A DNA stretch of 64,000 bases from Alphaproteobacteria bacterium (GTDB lineage Bacteria > Pseudomonadota > Alphaproteobacteria > TMED109), in contig JAURCJ010000009.1 in NCBI GenBank assembly GCA_030828505.1, positions 40 to 64,039 on the forward strand, in the 5' to 3' direction. The notes under the pieces are model-generated. The model did no database searches. It saw nothing but the letters and a program-made list of their open reading frames with translations, and had not been told where the DNA came from. Positions 7,691-17,395 of this stretch are shown here, one piece after another (position 1 is the stretch's first letter; every line of letters starts with the position of its first letter). The position numbers and the translations under genes are program-made.

Positions 7691-8752
7691 TTACCAAGCT
7701 TTCTGGTAAGCAAGTATTAAAGAAGTACCTTTTTCCATTTGCAAACCATTTAAGTTTTGACTTATAGGTTTAAGAAGTTCTATAGCAATTCTATGCCCTC
7801 TTATTTTCTCATTTTGGCCAACCATATTTAATGAAATTCCCAAATTATATGACCGTCCACCATAATTTGAGGTTTCTTGTGTAGGGTTTCTTCCGGTTAT
7901 TAAAATGTCATGACCATCTATACGACCTTCATTAACAGCATGCATTCTAATTGCAGTAGATAATTTTTCATTCAATAAATAGCTAACCCATGATGTAGCT
8001 TCTAATTTATCTCCAAAGTGCCAACCATTATGTTTATCAAGAGCACTTTTATATTTAATTTGCGCTCCCCAACTAAATTTCTTATTTGTTTGTGATATAG
8101 TATATCCCAAAAGCACATCATAAGTTCCTGATCCAAGTTGCATTCCATAAGGAGCCCTTATTACCTTATAAGCTCCACTTGGCATTAAAGCTGTTATTTC
8201 TTCTGAAGTAGAACCAGTAGGTAATGATATACCAACGCTTATATGAGAATTTATTTTTCCATTCGAGAGTTTTATTAAGCTACTTATAGAACTATCACCA
8301 AACCCTGAAGTATGTGCTGAAAATTTTCCTACTTTAGTCGTACCCATCATATTATAAGTATGATTAGTCATATCCTTTTCAATAAAGTTTACCATTCCCA
8401 TTAAAGTTATATTATCATTATAGCCATACATAAAGCCGAGCATGTGCATATCCATTTCCATAGATTCCGGTATGACCCTATGAGTAGTTCCATCCCCTCT
8501 CGAATAACTCAATGCAGCAGATTCCGTTACATTATCACTTCCATCTAATAGTCCATCCATATTCATCCTCATATATCGGTATGACATCATATACTCGCCT
8601 TTTTTATGCATATGGTCTCCCATAACTCCAATGGGAGCATGGCCATCAGGTCTTCCACCTGACATAATTTTATCTTCATGAGCATATAGATTAGTAATTA
8701 GTATAAATTTTACTATTAAAATAGATAAAGCTATTTTATTTAAGAAAGTCAT
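7691..8752 (-). CDS. Putative outer-membrane beta-barrel protein with a Met/His-rich N-terminal region
   Basis: ATG 8752 is preceded by GGAG. Signal peptide MTFLNKIALSILIVKFILITNLYA, then HEDKIMSGGRPDGHAPIGVMGDHMHKKGEYMMSYRYMRMNMDG. Alternating beta-strand pattern and a C-terminal ...AYQKAW. Confidence 0.6.
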   Translation of the reverse strand: MTFLNKIALSILIVKFILITNLYAHEDKIMSGGRPDGHAPIGVMGDHMHKKGEYMMSYRYMRMNMDGLLDGSDNVTESAALSYSRGDGTTHRVIPESMEMDMHMLGFMYGYNDNITLMGMVNFIEKDMTNHTYNMMGTTKVGKFSAHTSGFGDSSISSLIKLSNGKINSHISVGISLPTGSTSEEITALMPSGAYKVIRAPYGMQLGSGTYDVLLGYTISQTNKKFSWGAQIKYKSALDKHNGWHFGDKLEATSWVSYLLNEKLSTAIRMHAVNEGRIDGHDILITGRNPTQETSNYGGRSYNLGISLNMVGQNEKIRGHRIAIELLKPISQNLNGLQMEKGTSLILAYQKAW

Positions 8753-8795
8753 TTTAGTCTCCAATTTGTTAATTATTATTGTAAAAATGTAAAAA

Positions 8796-9161
8796 TTAAC
8801 TTAGTAATGGAGGCCCTCTTATAGAATTATAATCAAATAAAGAGTATTTAATAAAATTTGATTTAAATGAGATAAATCTTTGTTTTGTATAATTAACCGT
8901 TATAAAATTAAATCTATCGCTATTATTAAATTTACAATCACATACAGTACAATCATTACAATAACTATGAAAAGTATTGCTATCTTTGGTATCGCTAATG
9001 CTACCATCTATCAATAAGTATTTAATGCCTTCATTAGTACATATTAAAATATCTTCTTCGCCATTTAGATTCGCCGATGCTGATAAAGCAAAACCGAAAC
9101 TATTAATAGCTATGAAGCTTAAAATTAATAGATAGGATATATATTTTCTAAAATATTGCAT
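8796..9161 (-). CDS. Small secreted Cys-rich protein (DUF2946-like)
   Basis: N-terminal hydrophobic signal, HSYCNDCTVCDC cluster and a C-terminal RGPP motif. Lies 31 nt upstream of the OMP gene on the same strand. Confidence 0.45.
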   Translation of the reverse strand: MQYFRKYISYLLILSFIAINSFGFALSASANLNGEEDILICTNEGIKYLLIDGSISDTKDSNTFHSYCNDCTVCDCKFNNSDRFNFITVNYTKQRFISFKSNFIKYSLFDYNSIRGPPLLS

Positions 9162-9339
9162 AGGCTAATTATAATCCCAAAAATTTTTAAAACAATATAT
9201 TCTTGTATTAGTTTCATGAATATAAAAAAATATGAATATGTGAGTTCTGCAATACTAATTTGTTACATTAACGTAACTACCGTATAAAATATAAGTTATA
9301 AATATAATAATATTAATATGCAGAATGAAAGGACTTCAT

Positions 9340-10257
9340 ATGAACATTGTTGTTATGGGTACCGGAGGAGTTGGAGGATATTTTGGAGCTAGACTAGCAA
9401 ATGCTGGTCATAATGTTTGCTTTATTGCAAGAGGTAAACATTTAGAAGCTATAAAAAATAATGGTTTAAAAATTATTAGTGAAACTGGAGATATGCTAAT
9501 TCATCCTGTGAAAGCAAGTGATAATCCTACAGATTTTAATATAGCTGATATTATAATATTTGCCGTTAAAGCCTATGATACTGAAGAGTCTGCATTTCTT
9601 ATTAAACCATTGGTAGGAAAAAATACAGCTGTTATTCCCTTTTTAAATGGTATTGGTCATGTCGAGATTATGAGAAATATACTTGGAAAAAACAATGTTA
9701 TTGGAGGAGTAGCAGCCATTAGCGCTTTAATAGATAAGCCTGGTATAATTATGCATAATTCATCAATGCAAATGTTAAAATTTGGCGAATTTAATAATGA
9801 GAGAACAAAAAGAGTTTTATCCTTTCAATCAGCATGCAATGAAGCAGGTATTAATAATGCTATTCCTGAAAATATATATACCGATATGTGGCAAAAAATA
9901 GTTATGATTTGTACTTTAGCAGGAGTTAACTGTCTTACTAGACTTCCATTAGGAGAATGCCGATCAAACCCTGCTACTAGAATACTTATGAAAAATTTAG
10001 CTTCAGAAGTAGTCGCAGTAGCTAAAGCTGAAGATATATTACTACCCGATAACCAAGTTGAAATTACTATGAAACAATTAGATTCTTTACCAAATGCTAT
10101 GAAAGCTTCAATGCTGCCTGCTCTAGAGAAAGGGGAAAAATTAGAAGTATCAGCTCTAAATGGAGCTATAGACAAACTTGGAAGAAAACATAATATAAAC
10201 ACAAATATGAATAAGGCCGTATATGCTTCTTTAGCCCCTCATGAAAATGGAATATAA
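9340..10257 (+). CDS. 2-dehydropantoate 2-reductase family (ApbA/PanE) oxidoreductase
   Basis: MNIVVMGTGGVGGYFGARLANAGHNV Rossmann N-terminus and a family-typical length. AAAGGA lies 6 nt before ATG 9340; an alternative ATG is at 9325. Confidence 0.8.
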   Translation: MNIVVMGTGGVGGYFGARLANAGHNVCFIARGKHLEAIKNNGLKIISETGDMLIHPVKASDNPTDFNIADIIIFAVKAYDTEESAFLIKPLVGKNTAVIPFLNGIGHVEIMRNILGKNNVIGGVAAISALIDKPGIIMHNSSMQMLKFGEFNNERTKRVLSFQSACNEAGINNAIPENIYTDMWQKIVMICTLAGVNCLTRLPLGECRSNPATRILMKNLASEVVAVAKAEDILLPDNQVEITMKQLDSLPNAMKASMLPALEKGEKLEVSALNGAIDKLGRKHNINTNMNKAVYASLAPHENGI

Positions 10258-10260
10258 AAT

Positions 10261-10290
10261 ATATTGAGAGCTAATTATAACTCTCAATAT
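10261..10290 (+). terminator. Perfect 10-bp stem hairpin after the reductase gene
   Basis: ATATTGAGAG-(10 nt)-CTCTCAATAT begins 4 nt after the stop codon. There is no clear T run. Confidence 0.45.
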
Positions 10291-10407
10291 AAACTAACTA
10301 AGTAAGTTTAGGAAGAAACTATATTAAATACACTATGTATTAAATAAATCTTGATTGCAAATAAAAATTAATTATATATAAGAAATAAAAATTTAGAATA
10401 AAAAGTA

Positions 10408-11055
10408 ATGAACATGATGAAAAAAAAAGTAGGAAGACCTAGAATATTAGAAAGACAGAATATTATTGATATTGCCTTCAATGAATATTGGGAAAAAGGT
10501 ATTTTTAATGTATCAATATCAAAAATTGCTAAACTAGCTAATGTATCAAGACCAGGCATATATAAAGAATTTGGTGATGAAGATAATTTAAAAGTAGAAG
10601 TTTTAAATAAATACCTTAGACTTTCCGCTGACCCTTGCCATAAAAATTACTTTGATTATAAAAATTATCCCAATCATTTATTTAATCATTTTGATGCAAT
10701 AATTAATGATGGTAATAAGAATTTAACGGAAGATCCAGCTTACTTAAATATAAAAAGACCTAAAAAAGCAATAGGTTGTCTAATGGAACGAACTAGATTA
10801 AATAGTAATCTGCTCGGCCCTAAAACTAAAGATTTAATGAAAAAATATACCCAATATAGAAAAAAATGTTTCCAAGAATATATTAGAAATGCCCAAGCTG
10901 ATAAAAAAATTAAAAAACATTTGAATCCAGAATTTTTATCAGAATATATACTTGCTCTATTTAATATCTTGCAAATAAATCGATTAAACCGATTAAATAA
11001 ATCAAAAATAGAACAAATACTTAATTTAGCATTATCACCGATATTAACAAAATAA
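10408..11055 (+). CDS. TetR/AcrR family transcriptional regulator (paralog 1)
   Basis: HTH region GRPRILERQNIIDIAFNEYWEKGIFNVSISKIAKLANVSRPGIYKEFGDEDNL. Confidence 0.85.
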   Translation: MNMMKKKVGRPRILERQNIIDIAFNEYWEKGIFNVSISKIAKLANVSRPGIYKEFGDEDNLKVEVLNKYLRLSADPCHKNYFDYKNYPNHLFNHFDAIINDGNKNLTEDPAYLNIKRPKKAIGCLMERTRLNSNLLGPKTKDLMKKYTQYRKKCFQEYIRNAQADKKIKKHLNPEFLSEYILALFNILQINRLNRLNKSKIEQILNLALSPILTK

Positions 11056-11083
11056 TTTATTATATGTTAAAAACTTCTTTAAA

Positions 11084-11115
11084 TTGACATTTTTAATATT
11101 CTGTGTAATACAGAA
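11084..11115 (+). promoter_or_regulatory. Candidate promoter (TTGACA) with an overlapping palindromic operator TTCTGT-GTAAT-ACAGAA
   Basis: TTGACA at 11084-11089. The palindrome at 11099-11115 covers the spacer and -10 region (TAATAC-like), 27 nt upstream of the second TetR start. Confidence 0.45.
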
Positions 11116-11141
11116 CTTGCATTATATATTGGATAATAATC

Positions 11142-11798
11142 ATGAAAAATCCAGTTGGCAGACCTAAAACCCTTGATAGAGAAAAACTAATTAATATTGC
11201 TTATCAAGAATATTGGTGCTTTGGTATTAACAATGTATCATTATCTAAAATTGCTAATCTAGCTGCGGTATCTAGACCCGGGATATATAAAGAATTTATA
11301 GATGAAGATGGCTTAAAATCTGAGGTATTAAAAAAATATAATAATGCATTAAAAAAACATATTTTAGAGCAATATAAAAATTCAAACAATATTCAAACTC
11401 TAATACATCACTTATATTCTTATATTGGTGTACCCTTTGACAATAAAATATTTATGGAAATTAAAAATGCTGCTATCTTTAATACACCTAAAAATGCAAA
11501 TGGATGTTTATATGAAAAAGCTAAGATTGTTAGGCATCTTCTCTATAAAAAAACTATAAGTGAAATGAACCAGTTTGAGAAACTTAGAAAAAGTGAATTT
11601 AAAAATTATATTTATAGAATGCAAAATTATGGAAAAATAATTGAATCGTATAAACCTGAAGATGTTTATGAATATATAGCTTCTGTACTTTCAATGATTC
11701 AATCTTTAAAAAATAATAAAATGAATAAAGTAAAAATCAAAGCAATTATTGATAAGTCCCTATCAGCAATTCTATCTCCTGAACAAACTATAAATTAA
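11142..11798 (+). CDS. TetR/AcrR family transcriptional regulator (paralog 2)
   Basis: GRPKTLDREKLINIAYQEYWCFGINNVSLSKIANLAAVSRPGIYKEFIDEDGL is colinear with the paralog upstream. Confidence 0.85.
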   Translation: MKNPVGRPKTLDREKLINIAYQEYWCFGINNVSLSKIANLAAVSRPGIYKEFIDEDGLKSEVLKKYNNALKKHILEQYKNSNNIQTLIHHLYSYIGVPFDNKIFMEIKNAAIFNTPKNANGCLYEKAKIVRHLLYKKTISEMNQFEKLRKSEFKNYIYRMQNYGKIIESYKPEDVYEYIASVLSMIQSLKNNKMNKVKIKAIIDKSLSAILSPEQTIN

Positions 11799-11816
11799 AC
11801 TATGTATAGTTTTTTA
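11797..11816 (+). terminator. Weak hairpin plus T run overlapping the stop codon
   Basis: AAACTAT-GT-ATAGTTT followed by TTTATT. Confidence 0.35.
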
Positions 11817-11934
11817 TTCAACCTAATAATTAATATTACTTTACAAATTCAGAAAAAATTTAAATAATTTATTAGCAGGTAAATATACTTATTATAGTTA
11901 CTCTATAATTAATCTTATTTTATGGATATATATT

Positions 11935-12780
11935 ATGGACTTAATCGCTAATCCTCTTAGTGAGGCACTAGGTGCAGAGATCATAGGAGGAGATTTTTCA
12001 AAAAAGCTTAATGATCATCATAAAAAATTTTTATATGATTGCTTTTTAAAATATCATTTATTATGCCTAAGAAGTAATAAACTTTCTCCAAAAGAGTTAT
12101 ATAACTTGGCAACAACTTTTGGAACTCCATTTACAGAAGTAACAAGAAATCAATGGGACAGAGAAGTACCCGAAATATCAATTTTAAATAGTACCTATCT
12201 TAAATTAAATGATAAGCCCAAAAACCCAAAATTGAATAGAAGAAATGGCTGGCATACTGACCATTCATTTAAAATAGACCCTCCTAAGGCTACAATATTA
12301 CATGCTCATGAAATACCATCTCATGGAGGCCATACTAGATTTTGTAATACAAATAAAGCTTATCAAGATTTACCCGCAAATAAAAAAAAATTTTTTAATA
12401 GTTTAAATGCCGTCCATTGCTATGATACAGAAAGAGCGCCTGCAAGACCGGTTAAAAGGACAGCATCTGAAATTAAAGAGACTCCTGATGTAATTCACCC
12501 TCTCATTCTTAAACATGACGAAACAAATATTAAATCCATATACTTTAATGCAAACAGAACCGATAGAATAGTTGGATACGAAAAAAAAGAAAGCAACCAA
12601 ATACTTGATGAAATAGATAACCATATTACACAAAACAAGTACAGATATGATCATAAATGGAATATTGGTGATATAATAATATGGGATAATAGATGCCTAA
12701 TACATTCTGTAAATGTTGATTATCCTATTAAAGAACCAAGAATTCATCTGCGTACACTAATAAAAGAAAATAATATTTAA
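11935..12780 (+). CDS. TauD/TfdA family Fe(II)/2-oxoglutarate-dependent dioxygenase
   Basis: GWHTDHSF...PPKATILHAHEIPSHGGHTRF (HxD facial triad) and the distal His in WDNRCLIHSV. Confidence 0.9.
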   Translation: MDLIANPLSEALGAEIIGGDFSKKLNDHHKKFLYDCFLKYHLLCLRSNKLSPKELYNLATTFGTPFTEVTRNQWDREVPEISILNSTYLKLNDKPKNPKLNRRNGWHTDHSFKIDPPKATILHAHEIPSHGGHTRFCNTNKAYQDLPANKKKFFNSLNAVHCYDTERAPARPVKRTASEIKETPDVIHPLILKHDETNIKSIYFNANRTDRIVGYEKKESNQILDEIDNHITQNKYRYDHKWNIGDIIIWDNRCLIHSVNVDYPIKEPRIHLRTLIKENNI

Positions 12781-12785
12781 ATACG

Positions 12786-14078
12786 ATGAGCAATCCTCCA
12801 ATTCCTAAAAATTTCTGGGAACATTTAAAATCAATGGGGCCAGGAATAATAGTAGCATTAACTTGGCTTGGAGCAGGAGACTTAGTTGACTCAGCTGTAG
12901 CTGGTGGTAACTATGGATATGCATTAATGTGGGCAATGGCTTTAGCTATTTTTATAAGATTTATATTTGTTTCTATCATAGCTAAATATCAATTATGTAA
13001 CCAACATAATGAAAGTCTAATTTCTGGCCTTAATAGACTACATCCTTACTTACCTTATTTTATAATAATAATTACGCTCTTATTTGGTCATTTTTATGGT
13101 TCATATATGGTCAAAGGAGTTGGAGAATCTTCTCAAAAAATATTTGGTTTTGGTAATTCATGGATGTGGTCAATATTTTGGGTTATATTAGCTTCTATAT
13201 TAATATTTAGAGGTGTTTTAAATAAAATAGAAATAATATTTTATATCTTTTTAGTATTATTAAGCACTTCCTTAATTGGGACTGCTATTTGGATTGGGCC
13301 TGATCCGGTAGAAATGACCAAGGGAATATTTGCTTTTGAATTACCAAATAATAGTGGTTCATTTGGAACTCTTTTAGTTATAACTTCGTTAATTGGGGCT
13401 GTTGGTGGATCTATTTCAAATTTATTATACCCTTATTTTATTCAACAAAAAGGTTGGAATAACCCTAAATACAGAAAAACACAATTATATGACCTTGCAT
13501 TTGGAACTACAGTTTTAATAGTTATTAATTTATCAATATGGACTATAGGGGCTGAACTTTTATTTCCGAATAATATTAGTATTAATAATCTGGATGACCT
13601 AGCCTTATTACTAACTTTATCAATAGGTAAGTTTGCAGAACTATTATTTTTTATTGGTGTTTTCGCAGTATTATATAGCTCAGTTATTGGGAATGCTGTA
13701 GGTTTTGGTTACTTAATTACAGATAGTATCAACGTTATAAAATTAAACGATACTGTAAAATCTAAACCATTAAATATATATAATTCAAAAATTTACCGCT
13801 TTGTGATTTTATGGTGCCTATTTTCGCCCCTTATATGGAGTATTCCGAATATGCCAAGTTTTATCACATTAACTTTAGTTGCAAATTCAGCTGCTGTAAT
13901 AGTATTACCAATTCTTTGCGGATCTCTATGGATTATTACCTCTTCAAATAAATTTATAGGAGCTAAATATAAAAATAAAATATTTGAGCATTCTACATTA
14001 ATATTACTATTTGTTTTATCACTATGGGGATCTTATCAGACTATCTTTGTTATAAAAGATATCATTTTTACGTTTTAG
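12786..14078 (+). CDS. NRAMP-fold membrane transporter, divergent (canonical metal-binding motifs absent)
   Basis: GPGIIVALTWLGAGDLVDSAVAGGNYGYALMW aligns by eye with the NRAMP TM1 signature, but DPGN reads GAGD. The TM6 GAxxMPH region reads GAVGGSI. About 11 hydrophobic segments. Confidence 0.75.
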   Translation: MSNPPIPKNFWEHLKSMGPGIIVALTWLGAGDLVDSAVAGGNYGYALMWAMALAIFIRFIFVSIIAKYQLCNQHNESLISGLNRLHPYLPYFIIIITLLFGHFYGSYMVKGVGESSQKIFGFGNSWMWSIFWVILASILIFRGVLNKIEIIFYIFLVLLSTSLIGTAIWIGPDPVEMTKGIFAFELPNNSGSFGTLLVITSLIGAVGGSISNLLYPYFIQQKGWNNPKYRKTQLYDLAFGTTVLIVINLSIWTIGAELLFPNNISINNLDDLALLLTLSIGKFAELLFFIGVFAVLYSSVIGNAVGFGYLITDSINVIKLNDTVKSKPLNIYNSKIYRFVILWCLFSPLIWSIPNMPSFITLTLVANSAAVIVLPILCGSLWIITSSNKFIGAKYKNKIFEHSTLILLFVLSLWGSYQTIFVIKDIIFTF

Positions 14079-14469
14079 AGATAACAGCCGTAGCTTCAAT
14101 TTCTAATAATGCTGCATCTTCAATCAAATCATTAACTACTAACATAGACATTGCAGGATAATGATTTCCCATAATTTTTTGGTATATTTTTCCAATTTTT
14201 TTTTGATTATCTAAATACTCTTTTTTATCTTTTATATACCATGTAAGACGAACTATATTATTTATTTCACCACCAGCTTCTTCTAAAACCTGAACAATAT
14301 TAGTTAAAGTTTGTTCCATCTGACCAATGAAAGTATTTGAATTGAATATTTGCTGAGAATCCCAACCTATTTGACCACCTATAAATAAATGACCATTTGA
14401 GGATAATATGCCATTCGCATAACCTTTAGCAGGCTTCCAGTTTTTTGGGTGAATAATTTTACTTTTCAT
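14068..14469 (-). CDS. RidA/YjgF/L-PSP family enamine/imine deaminase
   Basis: GYANGILSSNGHLFIGGQIGWD...LLEIEATAV. ATG 14469 is preferred over the upstream TTG at 14481. Confidence 0.85.
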   Translation of the reverse strand: MKSKIIHPKNWKPAKGYANGILSSNGHLFIGGQIGWDSQQIFNSNTFIGQMEQTLTNIVQVLEEAGGEINNIVRLTWYIKDKKEYLDNQKKIGKIYQKIMGNHYPAMSMLVVNDLIEDAALLEIEATAVISKT

Positions 14470-14484
14470 TTCTAGTTCCAATTA

Positions 14485-16107
14485 TTAGTTTGTATTCTCT
14501 CTCAATAAAAATCGTTGTATTTTTCCAGTTTTTGTCTTTGGTAAGAATTTTTTAAAAATTATAGACCTAGGATATTTGTATGGAGCAATAGTATTCTTAA
14601 CATGATCCTGAAGCTCTTTAATTATAAAATCGTTACCTGTAAATTGCTCATTCAAAACTATATGAGCTTGAACTATTGATCCCCTATCTTTATCTGGACA
14701 AGCTACTACAGCGCATTCAAAGACAGCAGGATGAGATAGTAAAGTTTCTTCTACTTCCGGGCCAGCTACATTATACCCTGAGGTAATAATCATATCATCA
14801 TTTCTAGCAGTAAAATAAAAATACCCTTCTTTATCTTTATAAAAACTATCACCCGTAATATTCCAACCATCAATGACATATTGTGATTGCCTCTCATCTG
14901 ATAAATACCTGCAACCTGTAGGACCTTTAACAGCTAAACGACCCACTTGCCCTTGCTTTACTTCTTTCATATTATCATCTACAATTTTTGCTTGATAACC
15001 CATAACTGGCTTACCTGTGCAACTTTCCTTATGATCATCAAACCTATTGGAAATAAAAATATGTAACAACTCTGTTGCTCCTATTCCATCTAACATTGGT
15101 TTACCAGTTTTTTTAAGCCAATCTTTATATATTGGTGCAGGAAGAGTTTCCCCTGCAGAAACTGCTGCGCGAAGCGAGGATAAATCAACACCTTCATCCA
15201 TAGCCTTCAACATAACATTATATGCTGTAGGTGCCGTAAAACATACTGTTGCTTTATATTTTTTAATAATTTCAATCATGTTTGGGGGTGAAGCATCTTC
15301 TAGTAATGTTGCTGTTGCTCCAAAACGTAAAGGAAATATTGCTAATCCTCCTAAGCCAAAAGTAAAAGCTAAGGGGGGGGATCCAACAAATATATCTTTT
15401 TCACTGACTTCTAAAACTTCCTTTGCATAACCATCTGCAATAATTAATAAATCACGATGAAAGTGCATTGTAGCTTTGGGGTCACCTGTAGTTCCAGACG
15501 TAAAACCTAATAAAGCAACATCATCGCGCCCTGTTTTAATTGCCTCAAATTTAACAGACTTTTCTAAAGCTGCTTCATCTAAATCACTTGCATGATTTGC
15601 TGAACCATCAAATGGGATTAAATGTTTAAGAAATTTATTTGTTACTATACAAGACTCTAACTCGGATAACAGTCTGCTATCACATAGCGCATGAGTAATT
15701 TCAGCTTTATTAATTATTTTTTCTAATTCTAAAGACCTAAGCATTGGCATAGTATTTACAACTACAGCTCCTACTTTAGTAGCAGCCAGCCAACAGGCAA
15801 CCATAGCAGGATTATTAGCTGAACGAATTAAAATTCGATTGCCGGGTTTAACACCATAATCATCAATTAAAGTATTTGCTAACCTATTTGTCCAGTCTGT
15901 TAACTCTTTATAAGTTCTTCTTCTTCCATTACCAATTAGAGCTATATTATCTCCAAAACCTTTTTTTACCATAACATCAGTTAATTCCTCTGCTATATTT
16001 AAAAAATGTGGATAATTAAATTTATCTAATAAAAAATCTGGCTGAAGAGTTTCTATAGGCAAATTATCACGAGCAAAAGTATCAATGTGTGCACTTGGGC
16101 CAATCAT
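14485..16107 (-). CDS. Aryl-CoA ligase (2-aminobenzoate/benzoate-CoA ligase family)
   Basis: The N-terminus PSAHIDTFARDNLP is typical of 2-aminobenzoate-CoA ligases. AMP-binding motifs FTSGTTGDPKA, GYNVAGPEVE, PKTKTGKIQRF. Confidence 0.85.
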   Translation of the reverse strand: MIGPSAHIDTFARDNLPIETLQPDFLLDKFNYPHFLNIAEELTDVMVKKGFGDNIALIGNGRRRTYKELTDWTNRLANTLIDDYGVKPGNRILIRSANNPAMVACWLAATKVGAVVVNTMPMLRSLELEKIINKAEITHALCDSRLLSELESCIVTNKFLKHLIPFDGSANHASDLDEAALEKSVKFEAIKTGRDDVALLGFTSGTTGDPKATMHFHRDLLIIADGYAKEVLEVSEKDIFVGSPPLAFTFGLGGLAIFPLRFGATATLLEDASPPNMIEIIKKYKATVCFTAPTAYNVMLKAMDEGVDLSSLRAAVSAGETLPAPIYKDWLKKTGKPMLDGIGATELLHIFISNRFDDHKESCTGKPVMGYQAKIVDDNMKEVKQGQVGRLAVKGPTGCRYLSDERQSQYVIDGWNITGDSFYKDKEGYFYFTARNDDMIITSGYNVAGPEVEETLLSHPAVFECAVVACPDKDRGSIVQAHIVLNEQFTGNDFIIKELQDHVKNTIAPYKYPRSIIFKKFLPKTKTGKIQRFLLRENTN

Positions 16108-16118
16108 TTTAAATCCTT

Positions 16119-16928
16119 TTAATTACCTTCAAACTTTGGTTTTTCTTTAGCAATGAAAGCTTCATAAGCTCTCTTGAAATCTCCTGTTTGCATACAAATA
16201 GCTTGAGCTTGGGCTTCTGCCTCTATAATTTGTTCAATAGACATAGACCACTCTTGAGCTAACATAGTCTTAGTCATCATATTACCGAAAGTAGGGCCAT
16301 TAACTATATTAATAGCTATTTCCATACTTGAATTTAATAACTCTTCAGGAGTAACTACCTTATTATAAAAACCCCATTTATCCCCCTCTTGTGGACTCAT
16401 AACTCTTCCAGTATATAGTAATTCTGCAGCTCGCCCTTGTCCTATTAACCTCGGTAAAATAGAACAAGCTCCCATATCACAACCTGCTAACCCTACTCTA
16501 TTAAATAAGAATGCAGTCTTTGCATTAGTTGAAGCTACCCTTATATCGGACGCCATTGCTAATATAGCTCCAGCTCCAACACAGATACCATCTATAGATG
16601 CAATAATTGGCTTTTGACAATTAATCATCGCTTTAATCACATCGCCTGTCATTCGAGTAAAATTTAGTAGCTCCTTCATTGACATTTTTACTAACGGACC
16701 AATAATATCATTTACACTTCCTCCTGAACAAAAATTTCCTTCATTAGATCCAATTATTACTGCATGGATATCATCACAATAAACCATATCTCTAAAAACA
16801 TCTCTTAATTCAGCGTAACTATCAAAGGTTAAAGGGTTTTTTTGTTCAGCCCCTTTCATACTAATTACAGCTATCCCATTGTCAGTGTTATAATTAAAAT
16901 GTTTTGCTTTATAGTTAATCATATTCAT
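16119..16928 (-). CDS. Enoyl-CoA hydratase/isomerase (crotonase) family protein
   Basis: Oxyanion-hole regions FCSGGSVND and DGICVGAGAILAMASDIR. Confidence 0.9.
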   Translation of the reverse strand: MNMINYKAKHFNYNTDNGIAVISMKGAEQKNPLTFDSYAELRDVFRDMVYCDDIHAVIIGSNEGNFCSGGSVNDIIGPLVKMSMKELLNFTRMTGDVIKAMINCQKPIIASIDGICVGAGAILAMASDIRVASTNAKTAFLFNRVGLAGCDMGACSILPRLIGQGRAAELLYTGRVMSPQEGDKWGFYNKVVTPEELLNSSMEIAINIVNGPTFGNMMTKTMLAQEWSMSIEQIIEAEAQAQAICMQTGDFKRAYEAFIAKEKPKFEGN

Positions 16929-16930
16929 AT

Positions 16931-17395
16931 TTAACTCCTATTTATGTGAGATATTGAATCTAATAAATCAATTAATACTTGAGAATCTTGCTCCGATATG
17001 TTTTTTAACATAACATTTATCCATGACTCGTGGGCAATGGCATATTCTTCAAATTGCTTTTTACCTTTATTAGTTAAACTAACTAAATTTGCTCTTCTAT
17101 CTCCCTCTATAGCTATTCTAAGAACATTTCCTTCCTTGACTAACCTATCTATAATTCCTGTAATGTTTCCATTTGATACCTTTAGCGCTCCTGATATTTC
17201 ATTCATTTTTAAACCATGCTTAGACCTATAAAGGGCAGACATAACATCAAACCTTGGCAATGTAGTATTGTGCTCATCACGAAGTTTCTCTTTTATCTGT
17301 TTTTCTATTAAATTAGAGGTTTTTAATATTTTCAACCAAGTTCTTACTCTACTTTTAGAAGCTCCAGATAAAATCTTTCTCTTTAATTTGGTCAT
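16931..17395 (-). CDS. MarR family transcriptional regulator
   Basis: Winged-helix region LPRFDVMSALYRS...MNEISGALKVSNGNITGIIDRLVKEGNV...DRRANLVSLTNKG. Confidence 0.9.
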   Translation of the reverse strand: MTKLKRKILSGASKSRVRTWLKILKTSNLIEKQIKEKLRDEHNTTLPRFDVMSALYRSKHGLKMNEISGALKVSNGNITGIIDRLVKEGNVLRIAIEGDRRANLVSLTNKGKKQFEEYAIAHESWINVMLKNISEQDSQVLIDLLDSISHINRS

